From: a virus
Direction: 5' to 3' (one strand)
Virus record (IMG/VR): IMGVR_UViG_3300037516_000306
Location: 1-64,000 of that record
Length of the DNA stretch: 64,000 bases
In this document: in pieces, positions 20,701 to 27,924 of the stretch
Numbering within the stretch: position 1 is the first letter of the stretch
How the letters are laid out: each line of letters begins with the position of its first letter
Made by a program: the position numbers and the translations under genes
The notes under the pieces: generated by a model
What the model saw: the letters and a program-made list of their open reading frames with translations, nothing else
Databases searched by the model: none
What the model was told of the DNA's origin: nothing

Positions 20701-21967
20701 CATACTTACCTACTTTAGCACCTCTTTCATAAAGCTTACCAAATTTAGTTGTAGCACCTTCTGCTGCTGCATACTTACCTTCTCTTAATAATACATCATC
20801 TGCTTTTCCTAATAAACTATTAGCAGCTTGTCTTTCAGCAGCATACGAACTTCCTAACAGTTTAGGAAGCTGAGCATATTCTGTAACACTTAATAATGCT
20901 AAGTTACCAAAGAAAGAAGTTTTACCTACTGCTTCTGCTGTTGCATTTATTTCTGCTAAAGCTGCACCTGTAGGATCTTGATCCTCATGATCTTTTTTAT
21001 ATTGTTCAATTAAATTTTTTCTATATTCATTTGATGTTTGTAATGCTTCAAAAGAAGCTTCACCTGCAGATGAATAAGCAGCAACTGCTGTTCTTCTAAA
21101 CTTATCTTGGAACCCAGCTATTCTATTTGTTACCTTAGCTATATTTGCAATTTCAGATTCTATAGCAGTAAGATCAGCAATAGAAGATATTCCATTCTCT
21201 AATGCTGCAGCAGCTTCAATATTTTTTCCAGCAGAGAAAGCTCTTGATGTATTTTTTAATAATGGAGTGAATAATTTAAATGCTTGTGATGATTCAGCAA
21301 GTATAGCACCTTCTGCAGATAATGTTCCAATTGCTCCACCAATACCACGCAATGCACCATTAGCTATGTTACCAGATAACATTGCTCCAACAGCAAATCC
21401 AGAATTCTTAATTAGTTTATCAAATAAGAAGTTAGCTCTCATCCAGTTATCTGGAGAATACCAAGAAGCATTCTTTTCTTGATTAGTATAATAGTTTGGT
21501 AGATAGTTTTGATCCACCTCATTATTATATTTATCTAACATTTGCATTGCTGGATTATCCCATATGTCAGCAAGTCTACCAGAGAATGGAGACTTAGCTA
21601 ATCCATATAACATACCAAAACTTCCTGCAACTGTAGTAGCTGCAAGGTTAACTCCTTTTAATACACCATTAGTAGCTTTTGATAATATAGATTGTGCATT
21701 AGCATTCTGATCTTCAATATCAATAATGTCACGAGCAAACACATCATATCTTCTATTCTCATATAATTCATTTGCTGTAACAGTAGGGATTAATCCTTTT
21801 CCCATAACTGGACCTTTACCAAATATAGGATCCCCATTATTCCTTCCTGATAAATCTGTACGTAATGATGCGTAGTTATCTGGAGTGGGTGTAGATGGGT
21901 TAGGCAGATAAGGCAGTTGCTGATCTGGGTTTACAAGAATTGGATTAAGGTTTTTAAAATCTGGCAT
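8795..21967 (-). CDS. Virion-packaged DNA-dependent RNA polymerase polyprotein (4390 aa; crAss/phi14:2 gp66-like) with two zincin motifs
   Basis: AGSDFDIDKL catalytic DxDxD loop (12011-12025) preceded by FRIPAQAMSSM; HEIGH at 19220-19234; HELFH at 16070-16084. Confidence 0.9.
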   Translation of the reverse strand: MPDFKNLNPILVNPDQQLPYLPNPSTPTPDNYASLRTDLSGRNNGDPIFGKGPVMGKGLIPTVTANELYENRRYDVFARDIIDIEDQNANAQSILSKATNGVLKGVNLAATTVAGSFGMLYGLAKSPFSGRLADIWDNPAMQMLDKYNNEVDQNYLPNYYTNQEKNASWYSPDNWMRANFLFDKLIKNSGFAVGAMLSGNIANGALRGIGGAIGTLSAEGAILAESSQAFKLFTPLLKNTSRAFSAGKNIEAAAALENGISSIADLTAIESEIANIAKVTNRIAGFQDKFRRTAVAAYSSAGEASFEALQTSNEYRKNLIEQYKKDHEDQDPTGAALAEINATAEAVGKTSFFGNLALLSVTEYAQLPKLLGSSYAAERQAANSLLGKADDVLLREGKYAAAEGATTKFGKLYERGAKVGKYVFDPKEAGQEIGQFALQVGTQNYFNKGRDGKEASVWTDGFLYGMYGENEKGEGVGALNSKEGIESGILGGITGGLMQSLGPNGEIARNKVTKSNTERFIQDLNGAPTFREAFKEKLEAVNRFVTLQEQQQSATIQGDELEARDLNADMMHTYLAPRIKYGRYDMIADDINDLRQAGMSKEGLADLKEEGIANVNDTVESFQKRLNAFETTAKNTQELYKSLNLRYSGEVMKDAEGKVLLSPDGSQIRKYSPLIIDKMVYAASKIADYDLRIPKVSEKILRTGMPVQDIVDDELSNDTSVSLAKALYNIDEQASDRIDTDVVKQELKDVVELSKRRQLFVNEYNDLKNNPQNYSFTGEKEEFTPEGKKTRTTAPVQSDYFSKSRDKFKSDKRTYADLVNQYGEGEKSKYEVLQKIAESPYATTLEKQLAAAFLNFTSKNSKIILGDRTLASAGVSRGGTLGPESAVSSINYEDNAFDYEAGSLPVEHVLLHEIGHDLTVYGLSDTNGQFYKELDPLFKFVQETFKNDPDKYAEAGLIKNGEYYAFKNIYEFATEALSNREFQRYLQTIPYEGTKTSTWNAFVNSLKTFFRRLFGTNNETLLDETIAVITNNIDETYKAVKEKNAALEKEEQAMLVTKNEVDRQQDKAELNSGEIATPIPTDTTTSQAIVKEDESYLKSWQDFFISGTSESENAQNRTNAPQHVKNSRQFLNNVKNFKNAPKIGAMLVTSNNEKALGLEGLTQLQFGRPIVADDKIDNVDTGFVAQVFVEHDNNKTYFVDKDGKRLGEVGKQIDVNQAIFQAMPTTELYYTYTDPKTGQRVPRYRQGEKENLASAANGWRQERAKLFANNTAAHKVYQINVSRGIPIINKGADGKFERNQVGGILIPEDRIASQPGLIQINTAGFISHKGKNISFKEKGLVVLQYGDTLEILNNSVLGKEKANSLYQVIKALALDIREKSTSGKPLDIDVNYLTYLQNVLYLRKSSTTSAGSNQFFIDTNKRTISIGGVNYPIIDIENREDEMVRQLEGTYHNINSKTVKDVTSKFYEYTGEKNAKGELVARYWKNYQSYLLSGRMPDGKTSRSGANTPLTTIVAAPTPSVPYSFSQKYATLIDFELPIIKPAPVAQAPKAAVAPVAGNAIGEYVMDGTTSNTYQFASGPVEFTGTLDADGNISVDITVNDTITKAAENEGTLSTVDDVLQAIDKYDAEASDEQRVVTFVGDKLIAALKEIQNTQQVEEAPVVEEVPTVVEEIKEDDSRPYGFKKGDKVQYILEVYNQREEPWRSNNIQEGEIEVISEKTKSYKFKGNPNWYKLKGNIFTILKNYTKEEESKQQTPTVIEEVSDIDTKKADIESAFTYITRSKYEGDRRDEVNKVGEDLAKRFVANLKEKGLVKEGFKSAPRTDGSVEKVKVNTDTEGNNLGNDWSTAGKFKDEFRKFVDAELAALEGGEQILPGEKTDTIDVADTELPEDDYMRVGPTVEEAMTNEELEILKQFQAENLPGIPLEVLEDLVDTYDGEKAFGVYVDGVAKFYKAGPRTVGYHELFHPVYQHFLSPDERTALNDEFRNKPGQFTDRASGKKIDYANATDKQIEERIADDFGEFKAGQLPARSLSELVRNFFRRIINFVKSFNAKPSLTKDLFKAIDAGKYKAFTISESQKKGSPAYSRIPGITETQASEYAQDIFSRASNYIFGDHKKYLYDLQKISGAEIYNYVKQLYINEKKYEQLGEVRFNALFAQGKQLLRTIGVDFNEEDLVDINDESVTSVGYSQDAFTVDYKKTAPYAIKLVGATLPEVVPTNQQNSTTLELPKRSTSSVKGYKLVNFSRVFSTLLDKFSNTTNIGKIVNKLVDLAKYDATYVRFFQRLGGDLATGTIPFENFKTAEDWRLFINFYQTFTKQKPTALVQYVTGTEVYTAPANQFTITKQVEQDWFSQMRALAKTRSGLVTLNTETKTYQVNTKSELWPDKLPKGPEEMLDFLKDLGITFTMEDYLKLKSKQRDDFSDAVGEIYAYLPEAKDIGTLDGKTLKINKQVAALAALQVKVDNPNQENTMMGVEGNKKQVYVDNNVPSIFENAFNDSETLEELKIARPELNDVFSKNAITFKEGGLFFNDRGDRFKMIKVSLIEGKKSIDSNKGTTTSKLTEGQRFTQEINQNINGNYYILIPADGSTEWMMNLGNHISYKNVVGGRAMDEIHEIFRGYLDDDIALARDWKNRSSLKNVGSKAKELRFFKEILEDYAPKQLEELNVMIADEATTDAEFEDYIAKNTDAINEAVDKTLKDLANGTKEILFATSEVIMAKKKNSDAENMYTYAGLDSNFAISEGIDKFRMTETQLDNMLMFVNTNDYINSIEFHKILFGDPYQFKIKDGILDETKRIKSFLSPRGTTFDSPEYNAFLNDQNNVNGIELTPEDYGYHENKEYATTVTLKDVELDTNNYTGVNEADAFSYISDVAYRETKSKNGQWSENAEAWHQYEMALTRKLLSDKGVYKYTNKQLKAADEQILSEEQVEYVIDITKPIMSGSQFNENEIKLVLDKTSQMPLYYSAVAGTNLEKLYIKMFNEKIDYAIMESGRKVGIEKAHSLYNPDGTFNESPFSGDTKVLVPWSINGIQVQTAYEGGTEQTRGSQPTKIVTLDMFDNGEEVVEGARDAFDTYNQALKDLDDNAYTELLSKFGVEDLGVGEFELVDPFVIAKTLEGEMFRRELSNNAKDTIQLDENGQQRIPYEASPAYKQVKDIVYSMINKALVSPKMNGGGYTQAAVTGWENAEQGRGVAIKEKDGYRKLSIKEYNELPANQKSKVVLTSDRLHFPTQNDPYMEVLLPNWMKKSLKGKFKNDADLIRELNKPENQGILRGIAFRIPAQAMSSMAAIRVAAFLPDYMGKTVVVPSEITSQAGSDFDIDKLNMYLKSVYVDENGKLHAVDYKGSEKATKEFYGGVYDSTIKKNIESISNNNEFRDQLLDVLSAFEETDTVVSKEQRVFYKLNQDVIDEIVSQADAEEMLPSQYMTSQIESLSKKTERLNANLLNTELRDKYVKTMYKKALENRYFDAFEKLLTLPGNYQNLITPIGDAGLKDISDELDKIRGNDETKIKNRIINRNYRTRLRNAFLTGKRWIGIAAVNITGHALAQRIKLVMDIDAVANKLTADELSILGDRIVNLPHNEIDGKVSLSGTNTAVANAKGIFEKISNRLSGYATSVVDIAKDPYIMKIIKSDAAIGTFMFLERIGVGQNTVWFMNQPIISEYLSMLESKGTKFLYNPKNVNAIRAKFGLNKLGAKGTENETFNVDSLKANIKTYSDNKNKMLSKQQNDEQGAILKDFLKYAKMAEYSFKFTQATNYDTTKFKNSDTFHRKSTKTDIARDINMFSSVDNLLDSSSLGNQKRLINLGMKAVGAFIKLEQEQFTDITNKVLDSFERQEFMSDDDFSKIASKAKASFLDFVVQTKSGINAEILKLTTGENSIAEQLAKAKLQYPNMKLLQDLVPESSKKIDGAQTIKLKVNLKEAYDENLYVEMMRELRELDPQLYNNIVKVAILQGTYQSPVSINNIVPLEDYSKEIKPVIDSLIDNADTEYFANGGMFQKNNWKDDQIVPTITPRFQFQRDAEFEEIENIIGEDPYGNDVYQYEVEGFETQFDDAENKRLVLTLSPRYDGNNGANSDFVKVPRVFVNNRGQNVDILSGKTISPQAMKAMRMAGNTSLTDYYGYQKVKYSNGETVRNHEGRYVYKLVNLLGDGNLVSEYYLDGRPSVLNNGTIKLDQEIPNATIIEYFGGDIAQEVVSLPTETSVQEEVVPEIEYTEEEQLQFEINDIAQRIEELRYVQEDLDVTNTETIVLNSLPKITPESARKETGMKTGDDKDIKYTLLSRSGVSVDQAAHDIWESNFGIDSDITTQEVRTIIIDILSSGSKVNYKSQIGTSSEITNLKEKLRDLKNELSELNKGKPRVRTVKPIPGQLDLFEQEDESWKEEDNNDSCVPF

Positions 21968-21982
21968 AATTATCTATTATAA

Positions 21983-24547
21983 TTAGTAGTCTATTTTAGA
22001 GAAATCATAAGATGGGTAAGATTGTTTAAGTACATTCAATAGCACCTCATCATTTAATGAATTTAAATTTTGTATACCTTGTTCATATCCAACTCTAGAT
22101 AATTTATCATCTCCTGCAATTTCAAAACGAACATACTTACCATCTTTTTGTTTAAGAAAAATTGTTGGAATAAATAAACCAGGAGTATCTTCTTCTAGTT
22201 TTGCAGTTACTTGTAATTTTTTAATTCCAGGGAAATCACCAAAACGTTTTTGCATTAATTGATCAGTTGCAACGTTTGATCTATTAATATCACTATTACC
22301 TTTACCTAATGCAAATCTACCAGAAACTTGAGAATTATCATTTACATATTCATCACCTAGGTACGCTCGAACTTGTTGACTATTCACTTTAAATGATTGA
22401 ACATTATCTGGATCTTGTAAATTTCTCAATTGTATTGTGTAATTATCTCCATCTTGTTTTATCATTACTCTTGTATCTTTTGCAAGCTTATCTGTAAAAT
22501 ATGATGATGCAGTACCAAAATTCCATTTACTATCTGTTTTAATTCCTTTCTCATTTTGAGCAATAACTAATTGATTAAGTTTTTGTAATATGATTGGTGG
22601 AACTTCTCCTTTAGGATTAGATACAGCTTTTATTTTTGGAACAAATGCAAAAGCAGATTCTCCTAACTTTGATGTATATATAATATCAGATTTATCATAA
22701 GCTTCTTTCACTTTACTAGCTGCTGGTCTAAAAGTTTTTACAATATTATTTAATTGAGTTCTTGTAGTATTACTTAATTTTCCACCAAAACCATATACAG
22801 CATCTACATACTTTCTTTGGTTTTTATTTAACGCTGCTTTTGGATCTATATAAGTTTGTTCTGTTGTAAGTTCTCCTGAAGGAACAGTTTGTTTTCTTTC
22901 AGCATTCAGCACCCCAACTAATTCTTTTGGAGTTAATGTAACTCTTTCACCATTAGCCATTGAAAAAGATACATTACCTCTACCTTTTACAGCTGAATTA
23001 ATTATTTTTTCTACACCAGCTTCTTTTTCAGAATCAGCTCTGGTTCTTGTTTCAAAAGTTTCTAATTGTTTTAAGTAGTTTTCATTTTTTACAATGTCTT
23101 GTATTTCTTTAATTGCATTAGCTGGTATGCCAGCTTTTGAAACTACACCTTGTGCATCGTTCCATTTTTTAACCATTTCATTAATATCAGCTTCACGATA
23201 TCCTTTTGATTTTAATGCACCTTTAGTTGAATCAACTGAATCTTGAACTGATACAACATGGTTAGTGAATAACTCAGAACCTCTGTTTAAATTATCTGTT
23301 GGGTTTCCTAGATCAGTCCATGGAGACTCTACACCATAAGCCATTGCTTTATCCATTGCAAGCTTCTCAGCATCTATAGCAATTTTCTGTCTAGTTAAAT
23401 CTGTAGTTACACCAAACTCATATTTATCTTGTTGGAACTGAGCTTGTTTAAGTTTCATCTCAGCAACCCAGTTTTGTTGTGCTTTCAATGGGTTTGTAAC
23501 ATACTCCATTTCCTCTTTCTTGTATTTGAAAGCATTTGCATACTCACTAACAAACCCATCTTTGTATATGTTATACTTCACCTCATCAGGATTAGTTCTA
23601 GCTTGTTCAACATTCTTATAGAATCTTTCATCAAGCTTACCCACTTTACCATCACCACCTAATAAGTCTCTATATTGTTCAATTTGATTTTCAATATCAT
23701 CTAACTTAGTAGGATCTGTTGTAATAGCTTGTTGAACTTGTAATCTATCTAATTCACTAATTGCTTGAGCTCTTTGAACATCATAATCTTGTTTAGCTTT
23801 CACTGCAAGTTGTTCAGATCCAACTCCTCTGAATTGATACTTAGAATCAATTCTTAATTGATTAAGATCATCTGGTGTCATAGCTGCAGTTAATGCTTGT
23901 GTAATCTTCTCTGCACTAATTCCTTCAATCTTATATCTCTTCATTGCATCAGCAATTCTAGTTTGATCTATTCTACCATTCTCATCTACAAAAGGAATAT
24001 CATATTTTAATAAATCAGGATTCAAAGCTTTGATAGTATCTAAAGCTTTCTTCTTTACATCTGTATATTGTGTATATCTTCCTCTGAAAGATTGTCCCAC
24101 TTTATCATTATTTAAATACTCACTTGCTTGTTGATTGAAATCATAGATGTTAGATTGTGAAGACTTACCTTCAGCAATAGCTTTCTCCATATCAGCTTGT
24201 TGTTTTCTTAACCAAGCTGTAGATGATGCAGCAGTTTGCACATTAGGATCTCTTGCAATCTGTGAGACCATACCTGTTGTAGAATTAACTAGTTGAAAGT
24301 TAGAGAAATCACCAGCTGCAACTGTGGTAAGATCATTACCAAGTTGATTAAGTTTAGATTGCAGGTATGCCTTATCCGCATCATTAGCAACATCTAATCC
24401 TGCAACATTATCAATGCTAGTTTGTATTTTCTGAATGCCCTCTTCGTACTTTTGTTGTTTGTACATACCTACTTGAACCATTGCCTCAAGAGGTAATTGT
24501 TTCACGTAGGGATTAAACGTAGGGACTGTGTCTTTGTATGAAGCCAT
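21983..24547 (-). CDS. Virion cargo / ejection protein (854 aa), first gene of the vRNAP cluster
   Basis: Position between cargo genes and vRNAP; helical, Q/K-rich; N-term FNPYVKQLP...QQKYEEG. Confidence 0.6.
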   Translation of the reverse strand: MASYKDTVPTFNPYVKQLPLEAMVQVGMYKQQKYEEGIQKIQTSIDNVAGLDVANDADKAYLQSKLNQLGNDLTTVAAGDFSNFQLVNSTTGMVSQIARDPNVQTAASSTAWLRKQQADMEKAIAEGKSSQSNIYDFNQQASEYLNNDKVGQSFRGRYTQYTDVKKKALDTIKALNPDLLKYDIPFVDENGRIDQTRIADAMKRYKIEGISAEKITQALTAAMTPDDLNQLRIDSKYQFRGVGSEQLAVKAKQDYDVQRAQAISELDRLQVQQAITTDPTKLDDIENQIEQYRDLLGGDGKVGKLDERFYKNVEQARTNPDEVKYNIYKDGFVSEYANAFKYKKEEMEYVTNPLKAQQNWVAEMKLKQAQFQQDKYEFGVTTDLTRQKIAIDAEKLAMDKAMAYGVESPWTDLGNPTDNLNRGSELFTNHVVSVQDSVDSTKGALKSKGYREADINEMVKKWNDAQGVVSKAGIPANAIKEIQDIVKNENYLKQLETFETRTRADSEKEAGVEKIINSAVKGRGNVSFSMANGERVTLTPKELVGVLNAERKQTVPSGELTTEQTYIDPKAALNKNQRKYVDAVYGFGGKLSNTTRTQLNNIVKTFRPAASKVKEAYDKSDIIYTSKLGESAFAFVPKIKAVSNPKGEVPPIILQKLNQLVIAQNEKGIKTDSKWNFGTASSYFTDKLAKDTRVMIKQDGDNYTIQLRNLQDPDNVQSFKVNSQQVRAYLGDEYVNDNSQVSGRFALGKGNSDINRSNVATDQLMQKRFGDFPGIKKLQVTAKLEEDTPGLFIPTIFLKQKDGKYVRFEIAGDDKLSRVGYEQGIQNLNSLNDEVLLNVLKQSYPSYDFSKIDY

Positions 24548-24554
24548 AATTAAG

Positions 24555-24586
24555 CAAATGTAATATGAATTATTAAATTATCCAAA
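24555..24586 (-). promoter_or_regulatory. Bacteroidota sigma-A promoter TTTG-N20-TACATTTG for the vRNAP cluster
   Basis: Exact match to the -33/-7 consensus; 7 nt upstream of the ATG at 24547. Confidence 0.75.
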
Positions 24587-24610
24587 ACTAATAATCAATT
24601 TTGGTAATTC

Positions 24611-24633
24611 TTTATAATTAAATTAGTTATAAA
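24611..24633. promoter_or_regulatory. 23-bp palindromic operator candidate, copy 1 (TTTATAATTAAATTAGTTATAAA)
   Basis: One mismatch to the perfect palindrome at 40375-40397; both lie 24 nt from a -33 element. Confidence 0.65.
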
Positions 24634-27600
24634 TTTTTGAATGCTTTAACAACTGAACTATTCTTAGCATTTTTAACAACTGATCCTCCATTCTTTTTCT
24701 TAGCAACTATACCTGGAGTTTGATAAGGAGCAGTGGTTGTTTCAGTTGTTGTATCATTATAAGGTTTTAATTCGTAACCTGTTATTTCACCATCAGGACC
24801 ATATTTAGGAACCTGTATAAATGATGCTTTGTTACCATACATCTGTGGAATATTTAGTTGAGTATATCCTTGATTATATATATTACCTGTTTGACCATAT
24901 CTATAGTTAGGGAATAAATTACGTTTAACTCTGTATTCAGCATTACGAGCTTCGTGTTGTAAATACTTATCACCAATAGATCCTATAGCTTCTTGATTAA
25001 TTTTATTTGTAATAGCTTCTCCTTCTAATTGTTTATCTCTTTGATCAGCTAACAGTTGCATATTTATACCTCTTGCTTGATTTATCTTAGCTCTATTACC
25101 ACCGAATATTTGTTGTTCAATAGCTTGGTTAGTTCTAAACTCTTCTCCTTTAACTGCTTGGTTTGCTTTATATTTATTAGCAAGTAAACCAGCTAATGCA
25201 GCAGGATTATTTCCAAGTTGTCTTTCTACATCTCTAAAGTCTGCAGTGTTTTGATTCATTACATCTTCATAACTTACACGATATACAGGATCTAACTCTG
25301 GAGCATATTGTTGAGCTTGTACAGGATAAGGTGTATTCTGAGCCATAGCCATATATTCTTTAGCAAACTGACGTGGATCAATATCAGGTAAATCATTATT
25401 TTGAAAAAATGGAGAAATCATATTAGCGAAATCTACTATCTTATTTCTTTCATATGGAATTATATCTGTTGGTTTTTTAGGTTCTTCTTTAGGTACATTA
25501 GTTTTATCATCTTTAGGAATTTCTGCAGGCTTTGGTAATAATAATTGATCAGCTGCCCAACCATAACCTAACTTCTCATCTATCATAGGTGTGTCTTTAC
25601 CGTATAAATTCTGATGTCTAGCTTTAATCAATGGAGCACTTTCAGGATTGTTTAAAAGAAACTCTTGAAACTCTTTGTTTCCTTTTCCTTTGAATCCTAA
25701 TTTGTCTGCTACTTCATCCCATTGTTTTGCACTAAATGAAGAAGCTGTAGCTTTACCATATTTGTTTCCTTTAGATGTATTTCCTTTCCAAGGAGTGATA
25801 CCATATTTACTTACATAATCTTTATCATCTCCAACAGTAGCACTGTTCTGAGCTTTTCTTAAGAACGCTCCATGTTTAGCATATGGATTTTCTAATTCAG
25901 CATCTTTAGTAATAGGATCATAATCAGTTTCTATTTTACCTTTACCTAATGCTTCAGCACTAATGTTTTTTCCTTTAAGATATGATTGTTCTTTCTTCAC
26001 TTCTTGTGTAGCATTCTGTAAGTTAGCTAGTTTCATTATTAGATCAGCATAATCTTTTTGTGTTTGGTCACCACCATATTCCATCATCTCTGCAGTCTTT
26101 AAATCAAGTGCTCCCCATTTAGTAGTGTCTGCATCATTTGCTATTTCAGAAGCTTTAACTTTATTTTGTTCTGCTCTTTTTTGTGGTGCAGCTAAATCAG
26201 CTATTAGTTTCTTATATGTTTTACCATCTTTTTCTTTAGCAAGTTTAATAAGAGCTTCATCTCCTGTAGCCTGTGCTACTTTTTTAGTAAATGGTATATT
26301 ACCAAATATCACAGCTGATGTATTAGAACCCATTGATCCACCTTCTGCCATTTCAATAATAGGCTCTCCTGTTTCAGCTTCTACTTGTGCTCCCATGTTT
26401 GCACCATTTTCAGCCATTGATTGATAGTCTTCTTCTCCACCATTATAACTAATACCAATGCCACCATTATCGTGAGATGCTCCACTAAGCATACTTATTT
26501 CACCAGATCCTGGTAAGTAAGGATTGTAAGCTATAGGATTAACTTCTCCACCCCAATGAGTTTGAAGTTGTCCACCCATAGCATAAGAATTCATTCTTCC
26601 ACCATTCTCATAAGTTTGCATAGCTCTTTCACTAGGAGCAGTGTATTCTTTTAAATGTCCACCAGCTCTAAATTTATGTGCATAGTCAGCAAAGTCATCA
26701 GCATTATGATCACCAAACATTGCAATCACTTGTGGATTATATTCAGGATTCATATATCCACCTTCTTCATATGCAGGAAGTTCTGTACCATCCTGAGCAA
26801 CACCCATACCTTGTATACCAGTAGTGATGTTATTTGCACCATCTACCTGACCCATCAATTTATTATTGAAATCCATTCTGTTTGTTGCATTTCTTTGTCT
26901 ACCTGGATTTTTATCAAAAGCTGTTGCAACTTGTTCAGCTAACAATCCTACACCTGGTCCAAATGCACTACCAATCTTACCCCACTTTTTACCCTCTGCA
27001 GAATTATTAGAACCAGATATCATACCTGCAAAAGGACTACTCACTCCAAAGTTACCCATGAATCCTCCTGTAGCACTTCCACCTAATGCACCATTCATTT
27101 TTCCAAACCATTCTCCAAATCCTCCACCAGTTTGAAATGCTTTAACTTGATCTTCATCTTGCAAAGGTGCATATCCAAGATCATCATATAATGTATTGTT
27201 AGGGGCATATGTGTTTTGTATTTCTGTTGGATTACCTCCAATGAAAGATCCATTTTGTACATTTAATATATCAGTTCCTCTTCCTTGTGTATTATATAAT
27301 TCATTAGTGTTAGCAATAAATCTTTTATCATCTGGACTAACCCATTTATTTTTTGGTCTAGGCACAGCATCATTTGATCTTTTAGCTCTTAATACAACAT
27401 CAGAAACATCAGCCCAAGTTTCATATTTCTTTGTTAATTCTTCTGCTGCTTTACTTTCTTGATTTAATTGATTAATATCACCTAGAAAACCAACTGCTTT
27501 ACCAAACATATCCATTGCACCACTACCTTTTTTATCACTAGGGTTACCATTTAATTCTTTTGCTGTAGGTAATTTTGCTGTAGGTAATTGTGTAGGAAGT

Positions 27601-27923
27601 TGAGCTAATCCTGAAGATTTTAAATTACTACCAATAGGACTAACCTGAGGAGTATATCCATATCCTTGAGTATTTGCATAATTAGCAGTTTGTCCAAATC
27701 TAGGATCATTCATACTATTTATGTTTTCTAGAAAATCTGGAACACCATTATTATTAGTATCATTCAGATTACCATAGTTCTGTGCTTTATCTATTGCATT
27801 AGATGATTGAGCTTTCTTAAACTCTTTACCATGCTTTTTCATGAATGCTGCTTCAGATGGATATTTCTTATAGAACTCCTTCTCAGATTTAACTCCTGCA
27901 ATTTTTAAAATTTGTGCCTTCAT
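24627..27923 (-). CDS. Virion cargo protein (1098 aa) with repeated xxxGG motifs
   Basis: GASHDNGGI and VEAETGE motifs of crAss-like cargo proteins; Gly-rich hydrophobic stretch; FQTGG, YEEGG, FRAGG, YENGG, YAMGG, MAEGG, KKNGG. Confidence 0.65.
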   Translation of the reverse strand: MKAQILKIAGVKSEKEFYKKYPSEAAFMKKHGKEFKKAQSSNAIDKAQNYGNLNDTNNNGVPDFLENINSMNDPRFGQTANYANTQGYGYTPQVSPIGSNLKSSGLAQLPTQLPTAKLPTAKELNGNPSDKKGSGAMDMFGKAVGFLGDINQLNQESKAAEELTKKYETWADVSDVVLRAKRSNDAVPRPKNKWVSPDDKRFIANTNELYNTQGRGTDILNVQNGSFIGGNPTEIQNTYAPNNTLYDDLGYAPLQDEDQVKAFQTGGGFGEWFGKMNGALGGSATGGFMGNFGVSSPFAGMISGSNNSAEGKKWGKIGSAFGPGVGLLAEQVATAFDKNPGRQRNATNRMDFNNKLMGQVDGANNITTGIQGMGVAQDGTELPAYEEGGYMNPEYNPQVIAMFGDHNADDFADYAHKFRAGGHLKEYTAPSERAMQTYENGGRMNSYAMGGQLQTHWGGEVNPIAYNPYLPGSGEISMLSGASHDNGGIGISYNGGEEDYQSMAENGANMGAQVEAETGEPIIEMAEGGSMGSNTSAVIFGNIPFTKKVAQATGDEALIKLAKEKDGKTYKKLIADLAAPQKRAEQNKVKASEIANDADTTKWGALDLKTAEMMEYGGDQTQKDYADLIMKLANLQNATQEVKKEQSYLKGKNISAEALGKGKIETDYDPITKDAELENPYAKHGAFLRKAQNSATVGDDKDYVSKYGITPWKGNTSKGNKYGKATASSFSAKQWDEVADKLGFKGKGNKEFQEFLLNNPESAPLIKARHQNLYGKDTPMIDEKLGYGWAADQLLLPKPAEIPKDDKTNVPKEEPKKPTDIIPYERNKIVDFANMISPFFQNNDLPDIDPRQFAKEYMAMAQNTPYPVQAQQYAPELDPVYRVSYEDVMNQNTADFRDVERQLGNNPAALAGLLANKYKANQAVKGEEFRTNQAIEQQIFGGNRAKINQARGINMQLLADQRDKQLEGEAITNKINQEAIGSIGDKYLQHEARNAEYRVKRNLFPNYRYGQTGNIYNQGYTQLNIPQMYGNKASFIQVPKYGPDGEITGYELKPYNDTTTETTTAPYQTPGIVAKKKNGGSVVKNAKNSSVVKAFKNL

Positions 27924-27924
27924 A

